Assembly: GCA_045596505.1 (NCBI GenBank)
Contig: JAZOCO010000045.1
Coordinates: 6,443-70,442, forward strand
Origin: Eubacteriales bacterium
Lineage (GTDB): Bacteria > Bacillota > Clostridia > Oscillospirales > CAG-272
Direction: 5' to 3'
Length of the DNA stretch: 64,000 nt
The notes under the pieces: model-generated
Told to the model about the DNA's origin: nothing
Seen by the model: the letters and a program-made list of their open reading frames with translations, nothing else
Database searches by the model: none
Part shown: positions 19,954 through 30,901 of the stretch, piece by piece
How the letters are laid out: each line of letters starts with the position of its first letter
How positions within the stretch are numbered: the first letter of the stretch is position 1
Translations under genes and position numbers: made by a program

Positions 19954-22341
19954 ATGCCAGAACTAAACGAGCGCTATCTTGCCGTTAAGCGCGCGCTTTT
20001 TGACCGTTATTACAGTGATCTTAACGAAAAACAACGCGAGGCCGTTTATCACATCAACACACCGTTGCTGATCCTTGCAGGAGCAGGCAGCGGAAAAACG
20101 ACTGTCTTGGTACGGCGCATTGCCTATATGATACGATTTGGCAACGCTTATTTGAGCGATTATGTGCCATTTGACCTTGATCCTTTGCACGTTTCATCTC
20201 TTGAAGCGCAACTGCAAGCAGATATCACCAAAGAGGAGCTTGAGGCGATCCTGTCTGAATTCACCAACAATCCTTGCCCTCCTTGGCGTGTGCTTGCCAT
20301 TACCTTTACAAATAAGGCAGCAGGGGAGATCAAAGCACGCCTTAGTGCTGCTTTTCCTGAGGATCCACAGCTCACAGGTAGCATTTGGGCGGGCACGTTT
20401 CACTCAATTTGCATGCGTATCTTACGTCGATATACAGAGGCTGCCGGACTTCGCGAGGGTTTTTCCGTATACGATGCAGACGACAGTAAAAAGGCGATGC
20501 AAGCAGTACTGAAGGAACTCAATATTGATGATAAGATTCTTTCTCACAAGAAGGTTCTATCCACTATCAGTCGCGCTAAAGATAGGATGATCACTCCCGA
20601 AAGCTTTTTGCTTGAGATGGGGAATGATCACCCCATGCCACTGATCGCAAAAGCATATGAGGCGTATCAAAAGCGACTTGCCGCTTCCAATGCACTTGAC
20701 TTTGATGATATTATTTGCCGTACAGTACAGTTGCTTGAGAACAATAGGGAAATCAGAGAAAGCTACCAAAATCAGTTTCGGTACGTATCGGTGGACGAGT
20801 ATCAAGATACCAACGAGGCACAATTTAGGCTTTCAGCTTTATTATCCGGCGGCTGGCGCAATCTTATGGTGGTGGGTGATGACGATCAAAGTATTTACAA
20901 ATTCCGCGGCGCAACAATTACCAATATTTTAAATTTTGATCGCGTATTTCGCGATGCAAAAATCATCAAGCTTGAGCAAAATTACCGTTCCACACAATCC
21001 ATTTTAGATGCCGCCAATGCCGTCATCTCTCACAATGAGGGAAGAAAAGGAAACACGCTTTGGACAGATCGTGCTAAGGGAAATAAAATTCATTTACTCA
21101 ATCCCGATGACCAAAAAACAGAAGCACGTACCATTATTGATATTATTACTAAAAAGGTAGCAAATGAAGGTCTGCAATACCGAGATTTTGCTGTTTTATA
21201 CCGCACCAATGCACAATCGAACGCACTCGAAATGGCATTTGCCAGAAGTGCCGTGCCATATCGTATGCTGGGTGGCGTGCGATTTTCGGACCGTAAAGAG
21301 ATCCGTGACCTGGTAGCATATTTACAGCTTATTAACAATCATAGCGATCAGGATAGGCTTTTACGCATTATCAATGAGCCACGCCGCAAAATTGGTGAAA
21401 AAACGCTGTCTGCCATCGGAGAAATTGCCGTGCTTGAGGGATGCAGTATGTTTGATGTGTTAGAGCGCGCCGATCAATATCTTTCACTTTCGCGCTCCGC
21501 AGCCACACTGAAGGACTTTGCAGAGCTGATATGTGAGCTTACCGCACTTAGCCATACGCTCTCCCTTGATGACTTTGTAAGAGAAGTACTTTTACGTACA
21601 GGCTACCGTAAAATGATCGAAGAAATGGGTGCCGAGGAGGCTGATCGCCTTGATAACCTTGATGAATTCATTTCAAATGTGGTGGAATATCAAAACAATA
21701 CTGACACCCCCACGCTGACAGAGTTTCTTGAGGAAACGGCTTTGGTTGCCGATGTGGATCGATATGATGATACCGCAAATGCCGTTGTGCTGATGACTAT
21801 ACACAGCTCTAAAGGACTTGAATTTCCGCAGGTATTTTTACCGGGATTTGAGGAAGGCATATTTCCGGGTCTGCAAAGTGTTCTGGCAGGTCCTGATGAG
21901 ATCGAGGAAGAAAGACGCCTTGCTTACGTAGCGATCACACGTGCAAAAAACGAATTGTATATTTTACATACAAGATCGCGTATGCTATACGGACGCACGG
22001 GCGTAAATCCACCCTCGCGTTTTTTAGCGGAGATCCCCGAGCATTTATTAGAGCTTCCAAAAAGCAACGCGCCCGCTGCCGTAACGCGCTTTGCCCACAC
22101 ACCTTATCAAAGTGGTATGCAAGTAGCTTATTCGGATCATATTACAGTGGCAAAAATCATGCCCAAAGCAACGCTTGCTGATGCTTTTGAGGCAGGTGAT
22201 CGCGTGCGTCACGCACTTTTTGGAGAAGGTGAGATTCTGTCCGTGCAACGCATGGGCAGCGATTGGCTTTACGAAATTGCCTTTGATACCAAGGGCACAA
22301 AAAAACTGATGGCTACCTATGCGAAATTGCAAAAAATATAA
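19954..22341 (+). CDS. pcrA: ATP-dependent DNA helicase PcrA (UvrD family)
   Basis: 'AGAGSGKTTVLV', 'DEYQDTN', 'YRS(T)Q' and 'TIHSSKGLEF'. Start at ATG 19954 after AGAGAGG. The track start at 19894 lies inside the terminator. Confidence 0.9.
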   Translation: MPELNERYLAVKRALFDRYYSDLNEKQREAVYHINTPLLILAGAGSGKTTVLVRRIAYMIRFGNAYLSDYVPFDLDPLHVSSLEAQLQADITKEELEAILSEFTNNPCPPWRVLAITFTNKAAGEIKARLSAAFPEDPQLTGSIWAGTFHSICMRILRRYTEAAGLREGFSVYDADDSKKAMQAVLKELNIDDKILSHKKVLSTISRAKDRMITPESFLLEMGNDHPMPLIAKAYEAYQKRLAASNALDFDDIICRTVQLLENNREIRESYQNQFRYVSVDEYQDTNEAQFRLSALLSGGWRNLMVVGDDDQSIYKFRGATITNILNFDRVFRDAKIIKLEQNYRSTQSILDAANAVISHNEGRKGNTLWTDRAKGNKIHLLNPDDQKTEARTIIDIITKKVANEGLQYRDFAVLYRTNAQSNALEMAFARSAVPYRMLGGVRFSDRKEIRDLVAYLQLINNHSDQDRLLRIINEPRRKIGEKTLSAIGEIAVLEGCSMFDVLERADQYLSLSRSAATLKDFAELICELTALSHTLSLDDFVREVLLRTGYRKMIEEMGAEEADRLDNLDEFISNVVEYQNNTDTPTLTEFLEETALVADVDRYDDTANAVVLMTIHSSKGLEFPQVFLPGFEEGIFPGLQSVLAGPDEIEEERRLAYVAITRAKNELYILHTRSRMLYGRTGVNPPSRFLAEIPEHLLELPKSNAPAAVTRFAHTPYQSGMQVAYSDHITVAKIMPKATLADAFEAGDRVRHALFGEGEILSVQRMGSDWLYEIAFDTKGTKKLMATYAKLQKI

Positions 22342-22355
22342 AACGAGGTCCCATT

Positions 22356-23024
22356 ATGAAAGAAAGAAAGATTTTATTTAAGGATGCAAAGCATCTGCCG
22401 TTTCTATTGTCCCTTGTAGGATTTTTATTCTTTGTTTTGGCATGCATCACAAAAACAAAAGGGCTTTCCATATTTTTTGGAGTTATGGCGGGGCTTTTCA
22501 TTATTTGCGGATGTATTTGTCTGTATCTTTGGCATCGCGCAACCGCCTCCCAACAAAATGATTTTTTATTTGATCGACGCAGGCGTGTAAGAATTTCTCC
22601 AAGCGACATCACATTTGAGTTTCTCAATGATAATCTTACATACTTTCTGTCCCGATACGTTGAAAATACGCTTGATCTATGGAAAGGAATCCCAAAAAAT
22701 CTTGAAATTGCTTTACAGGCTGATCCTGCTTATCGCGCGCCTGTTGCTTTTAAAATGCTCTATGATATGTCTTTGCTTAATGAAGTGGAGATCTTGGCAC
22801 TTTTCGAGGCATCTGAAAAACAAACTGTTGCTTTTGCATGCCGCGCTATAAAACAAGGTGGCGATAAGGAGATGGCGGATGTTATTTTTGAACTAAAATG
22901 CGATTTTCAGCGACTTAATAATCGCATTGTGCCGTTTTTTCAAAAAAACAAACGTTGCTTTGAGGCAAGGATCTATCATTACATAAAAAATCACTTGTCT
23001 GAATTTGACAAGGAGAAAAAATAA
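22356..23024 (+). CDS. hypothetical protein with two N-terminal TM helices
   Basis: 222 aa, starting 15 nt after pcrA. No recognisable motif. Strong terminator downstream. Confidence 0.55.
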   Translation: MKERKILFKDAKHLPFLLSLVGFLFFVLACITKTKGLSIFFGVMAGLFIICGCICLYLWHRATASQQNDFLFDRRRRVRISPSDITFEFLNDNLTYFLSRYVENTLDLWKGIPKNLEIALQADPAYRAPVAFKMLYDMSLLNEVEILALFEASEKQTVAFACRAIKQGGDKEMADVIFELKCDFQRLNNRIVPFFQKNKRCFEARIYHYIKNHLSEFDKEKK

Positions 23025-23031
23025 CGCATTT

Positions 23032-23069
23032 AAAGCCTCGCATCAAATCGATGCGAGGCTTTATTTTTT
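23032..23069 (+). terminator. rho-independent terminator
   Basis: 13-bp stem AAAGCCTCGCATC (23032-23044) / GATGCGAGGCTTT (23050-23062), followed by ATTTTTT. Confidence 0.85.
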
Positions 23070-23143
23070 CGCCAAAAATTGCGTTGTGTAGTTGCGAGGA
23101 AGAAGCACAGAATATAAAAAGAAAGAAAAAGGAGCAGCAACCG

Positions 23144-23929
23144 ATGAAAAAAATTTTGAATATTATTTTATCTTTTGTACTGATTTTGACCGCTTTTGTC
23201 TGTCCTGTAAACGCCTCAAAGAGAAACGTGATAAACTGGTACACCACACGAAACAAGGAACACAAGCAAGCGCTTGTTCCTTCAGATCTTGCACAGGTTG
23301 AAAATTACGGCGGTGTATATATTGATCATCGATTTAATGATACAAACGGGGAAAAGGTCGTGTATCTTACGTTTGACGTGGGGTATGAGAATGGAAATGT
23401 TGAAAGGATCGTAAAGACACTTGAAGAAACCGAGACGACAGGTGCTTTTTTTGTGTTGAAGCATTTTGTGACCGAAAACAGCGATCTTTTGCGCCGCATT
23501 GCAGAAAATGGCAATCTGATCTGCAATCACACAGCGCATCATAAAAATCTCAGTACCGCCAACAAGGAAGAGATCATCAAAGAAATTAAAGAGCTTGAAG
23601 ATGCGGTTTCGGCGGTTACAGGAAGCGGTACAAAGCCTTATTTTAGACCGCCGGAGGGGTGCTTTTCCTTAGAAATGCTTGATATTGTACGCTCTATTGG
23701 TTATAAAACCGTGTTTTGGAGTCTTGCGTATGCCGATTGGGATAACGAACATCAGCCAAGTCCTGATGCGGCACTTGAAAAGCTACTGCTTCATATGCAC
23801 AACGGCGCCGTAATTTTACTGCACCCAACCTCATCTACCAATGCTGAAATATTGCCCCTACTGATCCGCACGCTTAAAAGCGAGGGATATCGCTTTGGTT
23901 CACTTGATGAATTATGCTTCGCGCGTTAA
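23144..23929 (+). CDS. pdaA: delta-lactam-biosynthetic de-N-acetylase (polysaccharide deacetylase, PdaA-like)
   Basis: Close by-eye match to B. subtilis PdaA along its length: 'NWY..RNK.H', 'VYLTFD.GYENG', 'FRPP.G.FS' and 'FWSLA..DW'. Start at ATG 23144 after AAGGAG. Signal peptide present. Confidence 0.8.
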   Translation: MKKILNIILSFVLILTAFVCPVNASKRNVINWYTTRNKEHKQALVPSDLAQVENYGGVYIDHRFNDTNGEKVVYLTFDVGYENGNVERIVKTLEETETTGAFFVLKHFVTENSDLLRRIAENGNLICNHTAHHKNLSTANKEEIIKEIKELEDAVSAVTGSGTKPYFRPPEGCFSLEMLDIVRSIGYKTVFWSLAYADWDNEHQPSPDAALEKLLLHMHNGAVILLHPTSSTNAEILPLLIRTLKSEGYRFGSLDELCFAR

Positions 23930-24612
23930 AATCAAGCCGTACGCTCTCTTTTGTTCTTGCTTTGCTTATTCTCATTTTAACACCATTTTCTGTCAATGCA
24001 ACGCCACAGATCATTTACAGACACACAAGCGGTAATGGAAAAAAGCGCGTTGCACTTACCTTTGATGACGGCCCCCATCCACGCTATACCCCACAGATAC
24101 TTGATATCTTATCGGAGTTTGGGGTGGAGGCAACGTTTTTTGTGGTTGGAAGCAATGCGGAATATTATCCTGATATTGTGAAAAGAGAGCTTGCGCTGGG
24201 ACACGAGGTCGGTAATCACACCTATCATCATTTTCACACGGTAAACGTAAGTGGTGAAAGGCTGCAAAAGGATATCATTGCTTGTCACAAGAGTATTAAA
24301 AAAATTTCCGGTAAGGATGTGCACCTGTTTCGTCCTCCCGAGGGCGTATTTAATGAGGAAATTAAATGGCTGTGTTCAAGGCAGGGATATACCATCGTTA
24401 TGTGGAGCATCGATACCAGAGATTGGGCGCACACACCCATACCGGATATTTGTAAAAATGTGATGGACAACGTAAAGGACGGATCAATTATCCTTATGCA
24501 CGATTTTATTGGTAAAAACAGTCCGACCCCCGCAGCGCTTCGGCGTATTATACCGATGTTACAGGAGTCGGGATATGAATTTGTAACAGTTAGCCGTCTA
24601 CTTGAAGGATAG
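23914..24612 (+). CDS. polysaccharide deacetylase (NodB domain), secreted
   Basis: 'VALTFDDGPH', 'GNHTYHH' and 'FRPPEG'. Signal peptide present. Overlaps the pdaA end by 16 nt. Confidence 0.85.
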   Translation: MLRALKSSRTLSFVLALLILILTPFSVNATPQIIYRHTSGNGKKRVALTFDDGPHPRYTPQILDILSEFGVEATFFVVGSNAEYYPDIVKRELALGHEVGNHTYHHFHTVNVSGERLQKDIIACHKSIKKISGKDVHLFRPPEGVFNEEIKWLCSRQGYTIVMWSIDTRDWAHTPIPDICKNVMDNVKDGSIILMHDFIGKNSPTPAALRRIIPMLQESGYEFVTVSRLLEG

Positions 24613-24615
24613 AGA

Positions 24616-25566
24616 TCAGCCACCTATTTCTTCGCCTTGTGCGTCGCTTATTTCATACGGATCGATCATATATCGTTTGATGATGGGATAAGCGGCATAC
24701 ATAGATATAAAGCCAAGAAGTGCGGCAAGATAGAAAAAGGGAAGAATGATGGGAACGGAAAAACCAACGGATAGTCCGGCTACGATAGCGATCACGTTTA
24801 ATATAAGCACCAAAACGATGCCAAGCATGGCAAGTAGATTTCGTTTAAAGCCTAAAAGCGCAAAAATCATTGCGTTTTTAAGCAGCTTATATACAGAAAG
24901 ATCAAACGTGATCATCATTGGATAGATATAAAAGCGCATGGTGAGATATATTAACAGGAGCGAAAACACAAGTCCATACATCATTCCATATCCAAAGGAA
25001 GTGGAAAGCGGATAAAAGAAAATAATATCAAACACCAAAACAAAGATCAAGCCAAGATCAAGAATGCCAAAAAAGAAAGCCTGTTTTAAATTGCGTCGTA
25101 TTGCATAAAAATAATCCGACCACAAAAACACGGAATCTCCACGCACCAGGCTACGTAGATTATAGGAAGCACCAACGGTCTGCCATCCCCAAGTCAGCAC
25201 CGTGATCGCCGCCATAATACCAATGATCACAATACGCCCGGTGGTCATAGAAGGGATGTTTAGTTGCTCGCCAAACATGCCCAGCAAAGTGCCGGCACCT
25301 GCCGAGCCGCCGGCTATGTACGTACCAAGCAGGGGGGCGTATGCTGCGTGCTCAACAGTTGGTGTGGTAGATCCGAAAAAGTATACCAAAAGCGCCACGA
25401 GCAGGGGAATAAATCGCACCACCATCATTAAATTGAGGCGCAAAAGAGCCGCAGCCTTTCGCCAAAGCAGCTTAAAGAAGTACTTTAACGTGGGTGTAGT
25501 ATCTTCCTTTTCGGCATCGGGACGATCTTTGTCCCAAAACGACCGAAGCTTTTTGTTTTGTTCCAT
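24616..25566 (-). CDS. polytopic membrane protein, tentatively YesL/DUF624-like
   Basis: About 317 aa from ATG 25566 (RBS AAAGGAA). The N-terminal 'KYFFKLLWRKAAALLRLNLMMVV' resembles the YesL family start. The family assignment is tentative. Confidence 0.55.
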   Translation of the reverse strand: MEQNKKLRSFWDKDRPDAEKEDTTPTLKYFFKLLWRKAAALLRLNLMMVVRFIPLLVALLVYFFGSTTPTVEHAAYAPLLGTYIAGGSAGAGTLLGMFGEQLNIPSMTTGRIVIIGIMAAITVLTWGWQTVGASYNLRSLVRGDSVFLWSDYFYAIRRNLKQAFFFGILDLGLIFVLVFDIIFFYPLSTSFGYGMMYGLVFSLLLIYLTMRFYIYPMMITFDLSVYKLLKNAMIFALLGFKRNLLAMLGIVLVLILNVIAIVAGLSVGFSVPIILPFFYLAALLGFISMYAAYPIIKRYMIDPYEISDAQGEEIGG

Positions 25567-25583
25567 AGTTTTTCCTTTCCTTA

Positions 25584-26111
25584 TCAAAAAGATGGAATTT
25601 CCGTAAGCAAGCGAAGCCAAAGTAAATAGAGCAAAAGCGCAATCATAATCAAGAAAAAGGCTTCTAGTAGAAATTTCCCAAACGCCTTTGAAAATATAAG
25701 CCTGAGATCTCGCGCTGTGGTTTCAAAAGCAAATTTACCCGCATTGGCTGCACAGAGAATAAAAAGTATCAAAGAAAATGCAATTAAAAAAAAGCACGCA
25801 TTCCAATGAAAAATTCCAATCTGATCACATTTTACGAGTAAAGTTGCTTGCGAAAGCAATTGTGCATCATAAAGCCCCTTAAAAGCCGTTAGTAAGACCA
25901 AATAGCTATTGCTGACTGTGCAAACCGCCGCAAGAGACGCAAGCAAAACCGGCAAAAAAGATCCAAGTGGGGCAGTACCAAGTGTAAAAAGGAAAGTACC
26001 TTTTGCCGGTGCGGTTGAACCGATCAAAATGGCGCACAGATAAAACAAAAAATAGCGAATAAATAATCGATTACAGAGATTTTCCTCATTTGTTGGCACA
26101 AAAAGCCGCAT
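25584..26111 (-). CDS. polytopic membrane protein, function unknown
   Basis: About 175 aa from ATG 26111 behind GGAGGTGA. Four to five hydrophobic helices. Confidence 0.55.
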   Translation of the reverse strand: MRLFVPTNEENLCNRLFIRYFLFYLCAILIGSTAPAKGTFLFTLGTAPLGSFLPVLLASLAAVCTVSNSYLVLLTAFKGLYDAQLLSQATLLVKCDQIGIFHWNACFFLIAFSLILFILCAANAGKFAFETTARDLRLIFSKAFGKFLLEAFFLIMIALLLYLLWLRLLTEIPSF

Positions 26112-26242
26112 AGCCTCACCTCCCATATATCACTATATGGAAAGAAAAGCTTTTCCTATGTCAGCAGAATACAATAAATATTGTATCACAATTGCAAAGA
26201 AAAATCAACACCCAAAAGGGTAGGCAAGAGTGAAGATCGAAT

Positions 26243-26293
26243 ATTAAAATACCCGTGTAGCAAATTCGCTTCGGAATTAAGCTGCACGGGTAT
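26243..26293 (-). terminator. rho-independent terminator after clpX
   Basis: 13-bp outer stem 26249-26261 / 26281-26293 with an inner AATTC/GAATT tier. A U-run follows on the minus strand. Confidence 0.8.
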
Positions 26294-26297
26294 TGGT

Positions 26298-27617
26298 TTA
26301 TTCTGCCACAGGAAGAGTATCGCGTAAGAGAATATATTGCGGCTTTTCCTTGCCTTTTACAGATTTAGCTGTAATACGCACCTCCCCCACGTCCTTGCGT
26401 GCGGGGATCTCATACATAGTCGAGAGCATCAGGCTTTCCATGATAGCGCGAAGACCGCGCGCGCCTGTATTGCGCTCGAGCGCAAGCTCTGCAATCGCCT
26501 CCAGCGATCCTTTTGCAAAAGTAAGCTTTACACCATCCATCTCAAACAGCTTTTCATATTGACGAACGAGGGAGTTTTTAGGCTCGCTGATGATACGCAC
26601 CAAGGCATCACGGTCCAGTTCATCGAGTGAAACGGTAATGGGCACACGTCCAACAAGCTCGGGGATAAGACCGTATTTTACGATATCCTGTGGGAGCACG
26701 TCACGATAAATACCAGCCTTTTTCCTTTCCGCCTTTTTAAGGATCTCGCCGCCAAAGCCAACCGTTTGATTGCCTTTGCGCTTTTCAATGATCTCCTCAA
26801 GACCGTCAAAAGCTCCGCCACAAATGAACAAAATATTCTTTGTGTTGATCTGGATAAACTCCTGATTGGGGTGCTTTCTGCCGCCCTGTGGTGGCACGTT
26901 TGCTACGGTGCCCTCAAGGATCTTTAAGAGTGCTTGCTGCACGCCTTCACCCGACACATCACGCGTAATGGAGCGATTCTCGCTCTTGCGTGCGATCTTG
27001 TCGATCTCATCGATATAAATAATGCCGCGCTCGGCAAGGGAAATGTCAAAATCTGCTGCCTGTATCAAGCGAAGCAGAATGTTCTCTACATCCTCACCGA
27101 CGTATCCCGCTTCCGTGAGAGTCGTAGCATCCGCTATGGCAAAGGGAACTTTTAGTGTTTTTGCCAGCGTTTGTGCAAGATAGGTTTTACCGACACCGGT
27201 AGGGCCAAGTAATAGCACATTGCTTTTTTGAAGCTCAACCTCGTTGCTTTCAACATCTGCGTTGTCGCGCACCTTTTTTTTACCTTGAGTATGCTTTTCG
27301 GCGTGTAAAATTCGCTTATAGTGATTATAGACGGCTACGGAAAGAGCGACCTTTGCAAAATCCTGCCCGATGACATATTGATCGAGTGCATTTTTGATCT
27401 GCATCGGACGCGGAAGCGTATCTGCCGTAAAACCTACATCGCCAGTCTCGGGTGTTGCGATCTCATCAAGCAGATCGGAACACGCATCAACGCAGTAATT
27501 ACAGATAAAAAGCCCCGTAGTAGAGGGAATTAAAATAGCCTGGTTTTCGTTTCTACCACAAAAGGAGCAGTATCGACTACCTTGTCCGTTACTTTTTCCC
27601 GAATTTGCATTTGCCAT
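26298..27617 (-). CDS. clpX: ATP-dependent Clp protease ATP-binding subunit ClpX
   Basis: N-terminal zinc finger 'CSFCGR...CNYC', Walker A '[11 protein letters not shown]' and '[10 protein letters not shown]'. Confidence 0.95.
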   Translation of the reverse strand: MANANSGKSNGQGSRYCSFCGRNENQAILIPSTTGLFICNYCVDACSDLLDEIATPETGDVGFTADTLPRPMQIKNALDQYVIGQDFAKVALSVAVYNHYKRILHAEKHTQGKKKVRDNADVESNEVELQKSNVLLLGPTGVGKTYLAQTLAKTLKVPFAIADATTLTEAGYVGEDVENILLRLIQAADFDISLAERGIIYIDEIDKIARKSENRSITRDVSGEGVQQALLKILEGTVANVPPQGGRKHPNQEFIQINTKNILFICGGAFDGLEEIIEKRKGNQTVGFGGEILKKAERKKAGIYRDVLPQDIVKYGLIPELVGRVPITVSLDELDRDALVRIISEPKNSLVRQYEKLFEMDGVKLTFAKGSLEAIAELALERNTGARGLRAIMESLMLSTMYEIPARKDVGEVRITAKSVKGKEKPQYILLRDTLPVAE

Positions 27618-27709
27618 AAATACCTCACAGTAGCACAGCTGATGCGCTCTTATTTAAGCTTTTGCCGTGCATTGTTAAAATACTCGCCAACTCTCATGTT
27701 TGGCTGTTC

Positions 27710-28315
27710 TTAATTTCGCTTTGCTAAAACCTTATCAACAAGCCCGTATGCAAGCGCTTGATCTGCCGTCATGAAATTGTCACGATCCGTATCGCGTGCG
27801 ATCTCCTCAATGCTCTTGCCGGTGTTTTCAGCCAAGATACGGTTGAGAGTGTCTCTCGTACGCAAAATAAGATCTGCTTGAATTTTGATGTCCGACGCTT
27901 GACCCTTTGCGCCTCCAAGAGGTTGATGGATCATAATTTCACTGTTTGGTAGCGCAAGGCGCTTACCCTTCGTGCCGGAAGACAAGAGAAAAGCACCCAT
28001 GGAAGCTGCCATGCCGATGCAGATGGTGGAAACGACACACTTGATGTAATCCATCGTGTCGTAGATCGCCATACCGGCTGTAACAGAGCCGCCAGGACTA
28101 TTGATATAAAAGCTGATATCCTTATCGGGATCCTGTGCTTCCAGAAACAGCATTTGTGCGACAACCAGGGAAGCAGTAGTATCGTTTACCTCATCAGAAA
28201 GAAACACGATGCGGTCGTTTAACAATCGCGAAAAAATGTCGTAAGAGCGCTCACCGCGCCCTGTTTGCTCCACGACCACGGGAACAAGCGCACTGTTACG
28301 AAAAAAATCCGTCAT
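27710..28315 (-). CDS. clpP: ATP-dependent Clp protease proteolytic subunit
   Basis: '[11 protein letters not shown]' (catalytic Ser), 'IMIHQPLGG' (His) and 'RDNFM' (Asp). Confidence 0.95.
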   Translation of the reverse strand: MTDFFRNSALVPVVVEQTGRGERSYDIFSRLLNDRIVFLSDEVNDTTASLVVAQMLFLEAQDPDKDISFYINSPGGSVTAGMAIYDTMDYIKCVVSTICIGMAASMGAFLLSSGTKGKRLALPNSEIMIHQPLGGAKGQASDIKIQADLILRTRDTLNRILAENTGKSIEEIARDTDRDNFMTADQALAYGLVDKVLAKRN

Positions 28316-28355
28316 AATTCCTTAAAAACCTCCGTTTTTTGATATTTGGCGATAG

Positions 28356-28393
28356 AATTACATAGCCGCGACAACCGCCGCGGCTATGTAATT
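28356..28393 (-). terminator. 15-bp hairpin between tig and clpP (terminator/attenuator)
   Basis: AATTACATAGCCGCG (28356-28370) / CGCGGCTATGTAATT (28379-28393). No clean U-run, so partial termination is plausible. Confidence 0.5.
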
Positions 28394-28406
28394 TCATAAT
28401 AGAGGA

Positions 28407-29783
28407 TTATTCCTCAGTTTTCTCTTCAGCTGTTTTCTCAACCGTTTTAGTGGCAGTCTTTTTTGCGGCGGTGTTTTTCTTGGGCTTTGCAGTAGCAGGT
28501 GCTTCGTCGGTAATAACCGCTTTCTCACGCACAAGATCGAGTGTCTTTTTTACCTTCAGGTCATCGGAAATGGCATCGGTAGGAAGGCTTGCCTTGATCT
28601 GATCTACGGGCATATTATATGCCGCTGCAAAGCGGTCGTATTCTGCGTTGATCTCCTCCTCGGTAACCTCAACCTTTTCAAGCTCAGCAATCTTTTCAAG
28701 AGCAAGGCGTGCCTTTACCTGACGCTCCGCCTGAGGACGGAACTCTTCACGCATTTTTTCAAGAGTCATACCCGTGTACTTGATATAAGTGTTAAGATCA
28801 AGCCCCGACATACGCAGGCGGCTGTCATAGTCGCGCAGGAAGTTTTCAGTCTCAGCCTCAAACATCGGTGCGGGAATATCTGCCTCCATATTTTCGATCA
28901 GCATATCGATAAGCTTTTCGCTTGCTGCGGAATCCGCAGAGTCGATGTGTCTTCTTTCAATTTTAGCCTTAATATCAGCTTTGTATTCGGCAAACGTGTC
29001 AAATTCCGAAACGTCTTTTGCAAAATCGTCATCAAGCTCGGGAAGCTCAACACGGGTCAGTGCGTGAATCTTGCACTTGAAGGTAGCTTCCTTGCCCGCA
29101 AGCTCAGCTGAGTGATATTCGGTGGGGAAGGTAACGTTTACATCAAACTCATCATCCACCTTGTGGCCAACGATCTGCTCCTCAAAACCGGGAATAAAGC
29201 TACCGGAGCCAAGCTTTAGAGCATAGTCCTCGCCCTTACCACCGTCAAAAGCCTTACCGTCAGAAAAGCCTTCGTAATCAATTACAGCTGTGTCGCCCAT
29301 CTCGGCCGCACGACCCATTACCTCAGATTCACGGGAGTTGCGCTCGCGCACGGTATTGATCTCAGCATCAACCTCTTCATCCGTTACAGGAGCAACGGTA
29401 CGAGTAGCAACAAGACCAAAATAATCCTTGACGGTTACCTCGGGTTTTACAAATACTTTAGCGGAAAGCACCAAACCGTTATCATCAAGAGAAACAACGT
29501 CAAAATCAGGCTGTGCAACGGGTGTAATGCCTGCCTCGGCTACGGCATCGCCATAAACACCGGGGATGATATCATTGATAGCGGTTTCATAAAACACGCC
29601 TTTGCCGTACATTTTCTCAATTACGGCACGGGGTGCCTTGCCCTTACGGAATCCGGGCACGGTAATTTTTTTGTTTTCTTTTTGGAAGGCTTTGTTAACA
29701 GCCTCCTCAAAAGTCGCCTTATCAACCGAGATCTGAAGCTCAAATTTGCTATTCTCGATCTTTTCAGCTTTTACCAGTTTCAT
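28407..29783 (-). CDS. tig: trigger factor
   Basis: Typical trigger factor start 'MKLVKAEKIENSKFELQISV', 'GFRKGKAPR' ribosome-binding loop and FKBP-like middle domain. Start at ATG 29783 after GGAGGAAG. Confidence 0.95.
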   Translation of the reverse strand: MKLVKAEKIENSKFELQISVDKATFEEAVNKAFQKENKKITVPGFRKGKAPRAVIEKMYGKGVFYETAINDIIPGVYGDAVAEAGITPVAQPDFDVVSLDDNGLVLSAKVFVKPEVTVKDYFGLVATRTVAPVTDEEVDAEINTVRERNSRESEVMGRAAEMGDTAVIDYEGFSDGKAFDGGKGEDYALKLGSGSFIPGFEEQIVGHKVDDEFDVNVTFPTEYHSAELAGKEATFKCKIHALTRVELPELDDDFAKDVSEFDTFAEYKADIKAKIERRHIDSADSAASEKLIDMLIENMEADIPAPMFEAETENFLRDYDSRLRMSGLDLNTYIKYTGMTLEKMREEFRPQAERQVKARLALEKIAELEKVEVTEEEINAEYDRFAAAYNMPVDQIKASLPTDAISDDLKVKKTLDLVREKAVITDEAPATAKPKKNTAAKKTATKTVEKTAEEKTEE

Positions 29784-29896
29784 TTTTACTTCCTCCAAAG
29801 TTTGAAATTCACACAAGGTATATTGTAACTATTTTACAGAGATTTGTCAAGTATTTTCCATAAAATAATAAACAAAATAATAAACACAAAAAACGC

Positions 29897-30625
29897 TTAG
29901 ATCGGCAAAATTTTATGAGGCAGAAAATTTAGATAATCCGAGGATATCAAAAAGAGCGAGAGATTTTCATGCTTTTGACACGGTGGAACTTGATACGTGC
30001 CGTGAATGTGACCAAAGTAACAGCGGCGCACTCCGTATGACTCTAAAACATCAAGTATCTCTCGGGAAATGAAGTCTCCCCAAAGTGGCGGAAAGTGTAA
30101 AAACACTAATATTTCCTTATCACTATTCTCGCCTTGTTGCAGTTTTTTTGCTTGGTCAAGGCTTGATTTCAATCGTAACAGCTCACGGTTAAAGATTTTT
30201 TCAAAGTCAACGACACCAACTGTGTTTTGTTGATTTTTATCAAAAAACCAACCGCGCGTGCCGCAAACGATAAAATCCTCGACCACATATGCATTATTAT
30301 AAAGCATGGAAAGCGTTTTAAAGCCGCAGTCTTTAAAAAAATTATCACACTTTGTTACAGTATCCCACCAAAAATCATGATTTCCTTTGCCAAGCAATTT
30401 TTTGCCGGGGAGGGAATCGATGAGCGAAAAATCCTCGCGTGCTCCCTCTAAATTCATTGCCCAGGAAATATCACCCGGCAACACAACCGTATCGTTTTCT
30501 CCTACAACATTGCGCCAATTTTTTATAATTTTATTCGTATAGTCTTTCCATCTCGAGCCAAAAACGTCCATTTGATGATCGGAAAGCGAGGATAGGTGCA
30601 GATCCGCTATTGTAAAGAGTGACAT
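29897..30625 (-). CDS. metallophosphoesterase
   Basis: Calcineurin-like motifs 'IADLHL', 'LPGDISW', 'GKGNHDFWW' and 'GHIHG'. Confidence 0.8.
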   Translation of the reverse strand: MSLFTIADLHLSSLSDHQMDVFGSRWKDYTNKIIKNWRNVVGENDTVVLPGDISWAMNLEGAREDFSLIDSLPGKKLLGKGNHDFWWDTVTKCDNFFKDCGFKTLSMLYNNAYVVEDFIVCGTRGWFFDKNQQNTVGVVDFEKIFNRELLRLKSSLDQAKKLQQGENSDKEILVFLHFPPLWGDFISREILDVLESYGVRRCYFGHIHGTYQVPPCQKHENLSLFLISSDYLNFLPHKILPI

Positions 30626-30704
30626 ATTTCAACTCCTTTCTATAAGAATAAAGGGTGCGCCAAATGCATATACTGATACTATCCCTTGAAAGGAGAGAAT
30701 CAAA

Positions 30705-30884
30705 ATGGAAAGAAAAGATAATTGCTGTAATCAGATCAATGAGGGGATCTCTTGTGACGTAAAGAACTGCCAATATCACGAGGGAGATTGCCATTGCACC
30801 GCAAGCAAGATTGCGGTTGGCCCCAGCTTTGCAATGTCGAGCACTGACACCGTTTGTGCCACATTTAAGCCAAAAAAAGACTAA
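30705..30884 (+). CDS. DUF1540-type cysteine-rich small protein (59 aa)
   Basis: Own translation: MERKDNCCNQINEGISCDVKNCQYHEGDCHCTASKIAVGPSFAMSSTDTVCATFKPKKD*. The pattern C.V..C.YH....C.A..I.V......T.C.TF fits DUF1540. RBS AAAGGAGAG upstream. One residue below the ORF-track cutoff. Confidence 0.75.
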   Translation: MERKDNCCNQINEGISCDVKNCQYHEGDCHCTASKIAVGPSFAMSSTDTVCATFKPKKD

Positions 30885-30901
30885 TTTTATCTAAATTTGA
30901 A

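Noticed and set aside
30641-30674. Sporulation sigma promoter call for the DUF1540 gene (AGAATA-16-CATATACT).
   Set aside because: It does not fit the sigma-G, sigma-F, sigma-E or sigma-K consensus cleanly. It is mentioned only as a note and not reported as a feature.
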